Made by a program: the position numbers and the translations under genes. From assembly GCA_040954595.2 (NCBI GenBank), contig CM082578.2, positions 9,099,519 through 9,163,518 on the forward strand: a DNA stretch of 64,000 nt, in the 5' to 3' direction. This stretch comes from Balanoglossus misakiensis (Eukaryota; Animalia; Hemichordata). Positions 30,936-51,000 of this stretch are shown piece by piece (the stretch's first letter is position 1; the number at the start of each line of letters is the position of its first letter). The notes below the pieces were generated by a model. It did no database searches, had not been told where the DNA came from, and was given only the letters and a program-made list of their open reading frames with translations.

Positions 30936-31895
30936 ATAATGTAAAATACGTATATCTCATTTGGTTTTAAAAATATATGGTGTGTACTGTAATTCAAGCT
31001 AGCCTGTTTCTGAAAACAGGCTCCAATAAATCGTTTTGTGACAGTCACTGTATATGTGTGCAGACGGCCGATAAGAATACACAAAAGAGCCGCGCCGCCA
31101 CCGGAGACCTTCAGTCGAGCCTGTTTTCTACATAACATGGCGAGGTGATCTGAAGATCAACACTCGTAATATAGAGAAGGTTGATAATCCCGCAAAACGT
31201 GCATATCCAAACTAACATCATAAGTGCCAAGGAAGTTACGTGAAGTATACTACACGGAGAATACGGGACCAAGAAGAGGTATTGTCGCATTTTCCAAAAC
31301 GCTTTCGATCAAATCCACGCATGTCATAGTTGTAGTTTAGTTATTCTTGGTGTGTACATGCATGTTTTGTTATAAGCGAATATTGGAATACAAACCAAAA
31401 CGCATTCGTAGAGGTTCGCACTACAGTCAGGTCATATCATGTCCTTGTGCACGTGGTGGTCCGTGACATGAGGTCACGTGCCTGCAAAACAAGCGTTCTA
31501 CAACCCATGGGCGTCCAGCTCAAAACTCTGACGGGGCCAAAGGCCAGCCATCAGTTTTTATTGGTGAAAGGTCATTGAGCAGTCATGATGACCTACTAAA
31601 TACTTAGTAAACAAACGCAGAGCTGCGTCTCGACAGCTACGTCGGTGTAATAACCCCAAACTGGATAGGAGTTGGCCGTCGTCCGTTTTGGAAATCAGCG
31701 GCCTAAATTGCAGGTAACAGAGGCCTTCATTATGAAAGGAGAGAGTGCATGAGCAATAATGATACTTATACAGCATTAAAGGTAATTTTACTGAATAATG
31801 CTTGGATTGGTTATGGCGCGTGTCATTTTCTGTCTATTGATAGGGGAATACGATCTGTAACTTCTCACAGAACATATTGAGTAACTACGTGAACA

Positions 31896-34561
<2,666 letters not shown>

Positions 34562-34722
34562 TGAACGTCCCAATGGCTAGATACGTTAATTAGACATGTG
34601 CAGTTCTGTTAGGAGATCCAAGAGTTCTTTACTTAATGGATAATCCGATTCCTTGTTACCATTATCGGAAAATAAAAGTAAACCGAAGGAGTTTATCGGG
34701 GCAGGAAAGTCAGACATCATAC

Positions 34723-35422
34723 TGTTACGAAGGTACTCCGAATGCATAGAATTTAAATATCAGTGGTGGGTGAACAATAAGGGTGTACGTCATTAACATA
34801 GCGTTAGCTGTAGTAGCCGTACACCTGGGTATTTTGAATATTACGTAAGGGTTTTTGATTTATGACTCTCTGCAACGGCAGTCAAGTGGCGTGAGCCGAA
34901 TAGAAAACACAGAAGTTGCACTCGGCCATTAGCGACGGGGACTGGAATCTTGTAATCCACGTGGGAGCTCGGTGTTGAAGTTCAGCACGTCGGTATGTCC
35001 TGTTGGTTTGAATTCAGCGTTGCTCTCGGACTTAAAAGGCATGTCTACGACAGCAACTGTAAGTTAAGTGAACCTGTTACTTTCTTCTGAGAGGACTTCA
35101 GGAAAGAACTGTGTGAGAAAGCAGCACGCCAGCGTGAACCATCGTCGGGTCGGTGCGGAGAACTCACGGAACACTGAATTGTCGCGTCCGCTCACCACGT
35201 GTGTAATATTACCGCGGAACTGAAACAAGTTTCTTGGGGACATTACAATATTTCAGTAAGAACCTTAGTAACATTTAAGTTTCAGTGCTTGTACATGTAC
35301 TATGATATTAATTTTCTTCCTGTGACAAATAGATTCGCAGTGAAACATTTAACTTTGGGTGTACTGTGTATCATTGTTGTTGCTGTCTGGGTGTTTGTGT
35401 TGCGAGTTTTTGGTTCGTAACA
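34723..35422 (+). mobile_element. Solo LTR (probably Ty3/Gypsy-type), copy 1
   Basis: 700 bp, TGTTACGAA...TTCGTAACA inverted ends, 4-bp TSD ATAC (34719-22 and 35423-26); highly similar to 45880-46573. Confidence 0.88.
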
Positions 35423-35819
35423 ATACTACAGACATATCCTACTGTAAATCTTATGGAAACATCTTGTTTTCCCGATACCCTGTCTAAATGACATCACATA
35501 TAGTTTTGTATTAGCGTAACTCTATTGTAAATTTTATAATTGCTAATTGATCTACAATACCTTAGAAATCCTGGATACTATTAGCTTGAAGCTGGGTGGA
35601 GCTAGTGAAATGCCATGTAGTTGGGCATTTCAAAATTGAAGTCGCTCATTTGTCGTAAAACTTACGAAATTAGTGTCTGAAAGGTACATGTATGTAAAGA
35701 TTCTATATATTCCACTATGATGGCTTCATATGAATAAAAATCCTGCAAGAAGTGACGCAGATTCTGCCCGTATGACTGGGCCTATGTATAGTTAACATGT
35801 CACGAATAGAATTCCATAT

Positions 35820-36260
35820 AATGTAAAACACTGTGTCTCATTTGGTTTTAACAAAATATATCGTGTGTACAGTAATTCACGCTAACCTAATTCTGAAAAA
35901 AGACTCCAATAAATCGTTTAGTGACAGTCACTGCCTTATACATTAAAGTGAATATACACAAAAGGGGCCACCACGGCCACCGGAGTCCTTCAGTCGAGCC
36001 TGTTTTCTACATAACACGGCGAGGTGATTTGAAGATCAACACTCGTTAAATAGAGAGGAGGTATTGCAGCCTTTTCCAAAACGACCGTTTACTCTTTCGA
36101 TCATATTCACGCATAGTTATTCTTAGTGTGTGCATGTTTTGTTATGAGCGTGCGCATGAATATTGGCATACAAATCAAAGCGCAAATTCGTAGAGGTCCG
36201 CACTACAGTCATGTGATATCATGTCCTTGCGTCGGTCCGTGACATGAGGTCACAAGCCTG
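35820..36260 (+). repeat. Paralogous intergenic block of the SULT repeat unit (homologous to ~30939-31490 and ~40600-41150)
   Basis: Shared motifs in the same order in all three spacers: ccaataaatcgttt, cttcagtcgagcctgttttctacataac, gaagatc, gacatgaggtcac (diverged in the third copy). Confidence 0.8.
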
Positions 36261-37409
36261 CACACGCATTGTGCATGTTGTGAGCGCATCACAACACATA
36301 GACATACATGTATATCCGTTTTCCACACTCGAGTACCTTAAAAACTTGGGCACACGAAACCACTCACCCCAAAGGTTAATACGTTGCTATTTTGTTGTTC
36401 TTACAGAAAAAAAGGAAAAATAGTTCAGCCGTTTTACTGGTCCTGGTTTGGGGTTTAGCGGCTGCCACTTCGAAAATTATCCAAATATCAATAGTGATAC
36501 AGCGAGGGTTGAAGTTCAATACTCGTCGGGGAGAGACAATTCATTGAGCAGTAATCCAGTTAGGCATACATACAGGTACGTAATTCCATTGAATTATGCT
36601 TGGATTGGTTTCTGTAGCGGATCGAAGCTCCGTCGCAAGTTGCGTCGGCGTTTAAATAGATGTGAAAATGCAGCTATGCCAGGGTTGTGTACAATGGCGG
36701 GTGTGTAAGGCCATTGAGCTGTGACGATGACCCACTAAATACTCAGTAAACACACCCAATATTAAATACATCGACGCAGTAGAGCTGCGTCTCCACAGCT
36801 ACGTCGGTGTAATTACCCCAAAATGGATAGGAGATGGCCGTCGTCCGATTTGGAAAACAGCCTAAATTGCAGGTAACGGTGGCCTTCATTATGGAAGGAG
36901 AGCGTGCATGAGCAATAATCATACATATAAAGTATAAATAACTTTACTGAATAATGCTTGGATTGGTTATGGCGCGTGTAAGGTCATTGAACAACCACGA
37001 CGACCCACGCCATATTCCCAGCATGTCCAGCGAATGTTAGGGTTGGCCAACAGCTTTGCGTGGCGTCGACCTTTCAATGATCAGGGATGGGTCATTTGTT
37101 AACTGGGGAGGGCTGGAAGATTTTTGACTTCCGGGAAAGCCAAAGACTGTTCTAAGCAATTGTACCACCGATATGAAACTTCTGGTTGTGGCGTTTGTGG
37201 GCAACTTAAAATGATTGAATAATATGGAGAATTTTACACCTACCAAAACGATTACCCAAGAAAAAAATGCCACGAAACCTAACTCTTCAAAATACAGCAT
37301 CAATTATGAACACCATATTTGACTTCTGTTAAGTCATTTTCTGTCTATCGATAGGTGAATACGAACTGTAACTTCTCATAGAAACTAATAGTAAGTAACT
37401 ACGTGAACA

Positions 37410-40084
<2,675 letters not shown>

Positions 40085-41743
40085 AGAACGCCCTAATGAC
40101 CGGATTCGCTAGACATGTGCGGTTTTATTACTGCAATTCCAAGATATGTTCTTTCGATGTACCTCTATAAGGATAAGAAGAATAAGCCATATGCTACTCG
40201 AAACACAGGTTAAATCAGCCAATAACTCGCTCTATGTGGGTGCTGCATTAACATTTGGCTGAGTTGTTCACTGTTAGCGCCTCCGTAGATAAAGAAATAA
40301 GCTTTGAAATTCCCAATAACTCTAATTTGATAAAAAAAAAAGAACTTGAAGGATTTTTGAATGACTGTAGATTAGTTCAGTATTGGCATTATCTTCATCG
40401 TATGAATTATTTTGTTCTGTCGAAATTATATATACAGCTGAGATGAGTAGTTGTGTACTGGAGTAAATCTGTTATAAGATGTTATTTTGATTGATCTCCA
40501 ATACCCTAAGAGTTTTGGACACTATTAGCCGGGAGCCGATGCCACTGGTCAAATGGGAATAGTTTGAGATTTCAAACTTGTAGTAACTATTTTGTGTGTA
40601 GGCATTAGTTCACGCTAACCTGTTTCTGACAGAGAGCCTCCGATAAATCGTTTGTGACATTGGCGATAAGAACCACGATGAATGTCAGTGTATTATACAC
40701 AACCTGTCCAATCCACGCCCCCCTCAATACACGTACACCCACAGGAGACTTTCAGTCGAGACCGTTTGCCGCAAAACATGCCGAAGTGATTCGAAGATCT
40801 GGGATCCCGCAAAACGTATAACACCCAACCTATCGTCGTAAGTGTCAAGGAAGTCACGTGAAGTATACAGCACGAAGACTACGGGACCAAGAAGAGGTAG
40901 GCCTATGGCTGCATGCATTTTCCAAATTGGTCGTTTACTCTGTCGATTAACAGTAGGCATGTCCATAATTGTAGTCTATTAATACTTGGTACATGTACAT
41001 TGACATGCATACCTTCTCTTCATGTTATAAACATGCGCCTGCGTATTGGAAAACAAACCAAAACGCATTCATACAGGTCCGCACCTGTGTTATCACGTCA
41101 TTGCCGTATAGTCAGTGGCATGAGGTCACATGCCTGCAAACACAATGCGTTCGAAACCCCATATATCATTTTCCACACTCGAGTATCTCTCGTAGACTGC
41201 AAACTACTACATTTTGTACTCACAATTTGGGCTTGATGCAATATCGGAATAAATTGATCTTGAAGTTTTGCAAAAGAAAGTGGTTGACGCCCTGCTCGAT
41301 ACTGGTGTGGCCTAAGGTCAGCAGTCGTTTTTTGTTATTTATCAGATGCGACCCCCCTTGACATATGGCGTACCAATTCACGTAGCAAGCACGAGAGCAG
41401 ACGATACCACTCAGCCAAATGTCGACCTCACAATTACAAATTTTGAACTTTGATCTCAAAGACGATCAATTTTAACTTTCTATAACCTCAATTACTGGCC
41501 ATACATAAATGCAGAATGCAGAGAGCAAGCCAGTCGTCCCCTGAATATGTGAGGCGACATTTTAAATGAATATGGAGAATCAGAATGTTGCGTTCCCGCT
41601 ACAATGATGGAGGTATTTATACATTGAAGTACCGTGGTAAGTGACTGCCACCTGATAACACTATAGAGGAATTCTATTATTAGATTCTTGTATGTACACG
41701 AATGTAATTTCTCATCTAACTTAGGGAGTAAACAACGTGAACA

Positions 41744-44474
<2,731 letters not shown>

Positions 44475-44555
44475 TCAGCTTTAACTTATGGCTAGATCCA
44501 TTAGTTTTATCTGCAATTCAAGGAGTTCCATGAAGTGTGTTTTCAAAGTCAGTAT

Positions 44556-44561
44556 TTTATT
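44556..44561 (-). terminator. Candidate polyadenylation signal (AATAAA) for the plexin-like gene
   Basis: TTTATT on the plus strand ~445 nt downstream of the inferred stop at 45006. Confidence 0.45.
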
Positions 44562-45005
44562 CAGTAATAGTCATTGTACAATATCTTTGAATGGTGAAGA
44601 GTTCAGTGTTTCCACTAGAAGTATGCTGTCTCATTTCGAAGGGAAACAATATTTTGGGTGAAAGTTTAATAAGTCGATTTGAAAAATTAGGTGCTCGAAT
44701 TACATGAATTAGCTTTTGACAGACTGGAACATTTTTCAAAAGAAGGATATATCCCCCCCCCCGACACATACAATCTACAAAAAGGGATGTCGCTTCACAG
44801 AAGTGAATTTCTCTTTAGAAAAATGAGCTTACACGGACAAAAACGAATGTTTGTGACGCTTTAACTAACCATGGATTTAGATTCTTCTATCAAGGCGTTT
44901 GGAAACGTTAACTCAATTGGCAAACTGGATTGACTATTCCCTTCTTATGTACAAATATTCATGTTCAAAAAGGAATACTCGGGTGTGCCTTCTTTAACTA
45001 TTACA

Positions 45006-48000
45006 CTAATCTTCATCATTATCCGCGTCTTCATAGCTGGCATCACTGATGTTTCCATCTCTATCCGTATGGTCGGTAATAATATCCACTCCTGTGGTTC
45101 CAGGATCACCAATTTCATCAATGGGTTCGATGTAATCATCACAAACGAGCGATTTGTATTCAGACTCAACTACATTCTCTAAGTCTATACTGGCATAGTC
45201 CCCGTTTTCACTGATGTCTTCGTAAACATTATTGGCAGAATTCACTGTTGAATGAGCAAACAAAGTGAGTCAGTTGTTATTGTTATTGTTGTTGTTGTTG
45301 GTGGTGGTGGTGGTGGTGGTGGTGGGATGTAAGTGAGTGAGTGAGGGAGGGAGGGAGGGAGGGAGGGAGGGAGTGGTCGACACGGTGTACATTTATATTT
45401 TACAATCACATAGCTGACATTTTACGAACATTCGCGAGACAGTCACTACATGTACAAGTGTACAAGTATTTCGTATATACTACCATTCTTGTATATTTCT
45501 GTGTATCTGAAAAAAATATATAAGGTGGTCTGAAAGTTGTATCTCTGCGACGTGTTACCATAATGCTAACTATACAGAATACCACAAACCTCTCCTGATG
45601 ACTTCATTTTCCTGACGCAGTTCAGAGAGCTGGGTTTCCATCTTTTTTACTTGTCTCTTCTTGTCAGCAAACTTCCTTGTGAACTTAAACAAGATAACGA
45701 CAACCGCGGCTATGACACCTAAAACCACAAAAGCCGAAGGTATCCCAGCTGCAATTCCAACGTTTACAGCTTTAGCGGTGTCCTCGTCAGTTGGATACAT
45801 TAAGACACCCACAGAGACGTTAAGATTCCCGTGGTAGATCTACAAATTGAATGGACAGAGAAGAGTAACAGGTTCCTGCTGTTACGAAGGTACTACGAAT
45901 GCATAGAATTTAAATATCAGTGGTGGATGAACAATAAGGGTGTACGTCATTAACATAGCGTTAGCTGTAGTAGCCGCACACCTGGGTATTTTGAATATTA
46001 CGTAAGGGTTTTTGGTTTTTGACTCTCGGCAACGGCAGTCAAGTGGCGTGAGCCGACCAGAAAACAGACAAGTTGTACTCGGCCATGAGCGACGGGGACT
46101 GGAATATTGTAATCTACGTGGGAGCTCGGTGTTGAAGTTCAGCACGTCGGTATGTCCTGTTGGTTTGAATTCAGCGTTGCTCTCGAACTTAAAAGGCATG
46201 TCTACGCCAGCAACTGTAAGTTAAGTGAACCTGTTACTTTCTTCTGAGAGGACTTCAGGAAAGAACTGTGTGAGAAAGCAGCACGCCAGCGTGAACCATC
46301 GTCGGGTCGGTGCGGAGAACACACGGAACACTGAATTATCGCGTCCGCTCACCACGTGTGTAATATTACCGCGGAACTGATACAAGTTTCTTGAGGACAT
46401 TACAATATTTCAGTAAGAACCCTAGTAACATTTAAGTTTCAGTGCTTGTACTATGATATTAATTTTCTTCCTGTGACAAATAGATTCGCAGTGAAACATA
46501 TAACTTTGGGTGTACTGTGTATCATTGTTGTTGCTGTCTGGGTGTTTGTGTTGCGAGTTTTTGGTTCGTAACACTGCATAAAACACCAGTACATGTACAT
46601 GTATAAATCTTTGCCATGGCATGAAGAGAATCCATGACCCATTTGCCGCATTCAACTAGTTTGCTGCTAGGACCCGAGCATTTCAATTGACAAAGAGCGT
46701 ATTTACATGATAGTGTATTTCCCTCTAAACATGTTATGTCTACCTCAATGTCAAATTCATCAGTAGAACAGGGTTAATAGTCAACGGCATGCATTTGTCA
46801 CAGATACCAAGCATTAATAAACTGACCACGTTTCCTAACATCTACAGAAGGTATTTTGTTTAATGTTATGATAAAAAGAATAACGCAGGAAAACACGAGG
46901 GGTGCAGTTTTTAGTATGAAGATCTACTCACAGTAACTTCCATGCCTGCGGAGTCGCTGTATCCCCTCGGTTTTTCCGGTGGAGTGCACGTCAGCTGACC
47001 CCAGACAAGAGATGTCACTTCGCAGAATTGATCGCCAATCTTCACAATGACGTCCACCTCGTTCGATGCAAGGTTCAAATTTTCACCCTAAAGAAAGTCG
47101 AAGAGAATAATTGTTGAGCACAGCAGACAGAAACTGACTTGTTTCTGTGGGTGTTCGAAGTTAAATATCAAACTGCTAGCCAGAGTTCGTTATCAGCAAT
47201 TCTGTAGCATCATATAACTCATGTTCACATGTATACATCACTTTACTACAAGACATGGGGGAAAACCCATACTAAAAATTATATTACCGGAGAGACAGTC
47301 GGGGAATCTAATCTTATGTGAGAACGACCCCCTTTTAAAGTTGTCTAGCAAATTACAACGAACAAACATATATGCATGAACTTTAAAAATTAATTCCAGT
47401 CAATACTGAATGCACACTCACAGCAATGACAAGGGGTTCTTTGCCAGCACCGGCGTAAACTTTGACCCCTTCCTCAAACTCCACGTAATGTGGATCTGGG
47501 TAATAGAGAAACGGTTGGAGGCTGTCTCTCAGGTGGGTGGTGTTCGCCACGCTGTCCATAATGAAGCCAAAATCGCAGCTGTACGGCTCTTGCGCTGTGG
47601 GCTGGATACCACTTGCGGTGACGTCTGGTGTTAGACACTCCATGGCTTTGGCAGACCTCAAGGTGCATCGCTGAAATTCAAGTTAAATGGAAATTACAGG
47701 ACGGATACCCCGAGGCACTGTTACCACTCGTACATCACCACCTATCCATTCTCCAGTTATAATATAAGGGTTAGGTTAAGGTTAGGGTAAGTTTTCGCTG
47801 GACAAATAATTCGTTTAAAACAAGGGGAAATGCTCTTGTTAGGAACTGAGAGAGACATGAGAGACGGATACGTACTGCATCATAATGACTGCCTTCAATG
47901 TAGACCCTCATGAGCCTTGACTGCACGATGTCTAAATTGCTTCCAGTCACTTCTATTTCACTGCCACCACTGAAATGAAACCACCAAACTCTAATTCGAT

Positions 48001-51000
48001 CGACAGAGCACACTTTGGCATAAATTCATAACATCTGATTTGCGACATTAATAACCTCATCAAAGAACAGAAATTTGGAGATGGCCTTGGATACGAAACT
48101 TAATTACCTGACAAAGGCTTCGTATCTCGACAGCTGTTCTATTACGGGGTCAGCCATGTACCGGTAGACGGCGGCATTGTTGGATTTAGTCACACCATCA
48201 AACGTCATTGTGACACCCCCACTTGCATAATTCGTGCTGGCTTCCGAGGTAATACACTGCACCATGCCATACGCTGACCTGCAAGAAAATAGATAATAGG
48301 TATCATTTCTGACCTGTTAAGAAAAGGTTTGAAGATATATCTAACCAACATAGATTCAATTATCAAGGCTATTAAACCATAGACAGTAGATTAAACTATG
48401 TTCAATGGGGGTGCTACCCAGGTTGCTGCATGTACTTTGATTTCTCTCTGTAGTATATGTAGTTGAGAAGAATATGAAACATACGTGTACTACAAACAAA
48501 CAAACAAACAAACAAACAAACAAACAAACAAACAAACAGAAACTAGACAGTCTGTGTCAAATTCTGCATTTGTATGCTTGAGTTTGATTCTGCATTGTCC
48601 ACAAACACCACTGGCAACTTGGAAGTCACTGCGCCCACTCACTCTATTATGTGGCATGAGAATCCCGCCACGGTAGCCAATATGGTACTACCGGCATTCA
48701 GATTTTCACCGGAGATTTTCACGATAGTTCCGCCGGATTGGGGTCCTTTCTCCGGGGTGAGTCCAGTGATTTTGGAGACCTGTGAACAGCAAGAGTATGA
48801 AGGCTTACAGAGGAACAGGTGTTATTGAAAATAAATTGCAAATGGTTACGGATGGACGGATAAAGACAGACTCAGACTTGTCACAACCTACCACATAACT
48901 GAAGTTACTGTAACTGACTTGGTCTCCTGCCTCACCAATTGTTATTGTGACTTTTCCAGACTTCACCGATCCACTACTACTTGTCACACACTGTACCCTG
49001 CAAAGAAATTGATGGATTGAGGTTGGTTGACTGCACTCTTCTTGATCAAAATTTAGTTTACGTAAAACCATGATGAAAACATTTACTCGCACACAAAAAT
49101 GATGTTTGACTGAAGATCAGTAACTGACTAAAGCAGACATTTTAATCCACAGATCTTATGTTACATGCTTCATTCCCAAAACTTCCTGAAAACTGAAAAC
49201 TGCATCACAAGATACACAAAGTACCCAAATGAAGCTGTCTGTTAGCTTATGAATTATCCAACTTACTGTTCAGATATTCTGTATCCACTGGATATTGGAA
49301 CACACTCATGACCAGCAACAACGACCTCTTTCACATCGGAGGAATTCTTGCCAAGATTATAACCCCTGATTGTCAGAGTGGTACCTCCCTCTACTGGTCC
49401 AGCTTTTGGTATAATCTGCAAAATGTGAAAATGCTTGCGGTCATATGTGTTGGTAGAGGTGTGTGTTGTGTACCAGTAAGAATTCAGTAAAACGGCTTGC
49501 TTCAATCTGACTATGAGTGAAGATCACTCTCAAGATAACAGGAAATATTTGAACATGATCGAATTTCTTCAACACCACTACCGGTAATACAAAGGGACAA
49601 AATTCATATTCTCCACAAATTCTACTATGAGAAACAGTTTTACACAGTATTTACACACAGGAACATTTATTTCCATGTTCTGAAAGCAGTCATTTTGTTA
49701 CAACTTACAGTGACAAGACTAGGAAAATTTAACGACTTGAAAAGCTATACACTCAATGCTATAGATGTACCTGTATGTTGCATAAAATTTATATAAGTGG
49801 GTCCACTTCGAGAATACATGTTTAATCAATCATAGCAATAAAAACAACATTATGTCTTACCTCTGTAATTGTTGGGGCTGGGCATATCTTTTCTCTAGTT
49901 AACCAACTAGGGACCTGGCTACATTTACTGACCACGTTACATTTCTGATCTGTGCTGGGAATTTGGCACCAACCGCACTCGTACTTGATTTCTGCTTGGT
50001 GACAAACACCGCAGTTGGATCTGCCTACGTCACACTTGTAAAGATTGACTGTTGGATGGGGAAAATTTGTTATTCGAGTCAGATACATTCAGGAAGTAAA
50101 ACTGCTTTCTGTGATGGAACAGATATGAATATTTTTACACTGTAATGTATTTCATAGTCTTCACAGTGTTAATCAAAGCAATATAGAGGGTTGAATAAGT
50201 TTCCACAGGGCTCTAAGCAGTACATTGCACAAGCAAACTGAAATCATTCCAATGATTTGACTGTAATCACTTTGGGGTTTCACAAACAAATTTAAATGCC
50301 TTCAATACAAGAACGAATGTTTACCTTGTACATCACCTGGGTTATCTACATAGAAGTTGTCACTCCATCTCAGTTTGAGTGGCACCAACTTATTGGTGAC
50401 TTGTTCGGCATACACATACTGAAAGGGAAGCAATGAAGTGATATCTATCAAGTTCTATACTAAGATGCATTTATCCACTCACCCATTCTTGGATACCGTG
50501 TCCACAGACATACACACAGATACCAACAATGCATTAGCAGCAAAACAAATCCATCATTTATCACATGATTAGGTTTCAATCTGTATCTTTGGAAGACTTT
50601 TAAAATTACTAATGAAATATGAACTATGCTTGTCTATTCTATTTGTGAGTTTAGAGTTGATACTAACTCCATGCAATGATCGAGATGCATGCATCCATGT
50701 TTGCAAGCAGCGTAATAGTACATAGGTGTGACTTCAGACTGTCCACCAGGGACTAAATAATGAAAGTGTACATCCAGATGCAAATTTCTCACCTTTGCAC
50801 TCTGACACGTGACAGTCGAGTCATTTTCCCTCTGTCCATCAACAACGACATCGACTCCTTCAATGTTGAGTACGCACTGGTAACCTCTCTGATTACTCTG
50901 GTTGAATAGACACACAAAAACATGCATAATTCAAAACAAGTGACCACAACCTTATCTTGATGACAATTTTCCGTGCTGTTGACGTCGTTCTTAAGTTATT

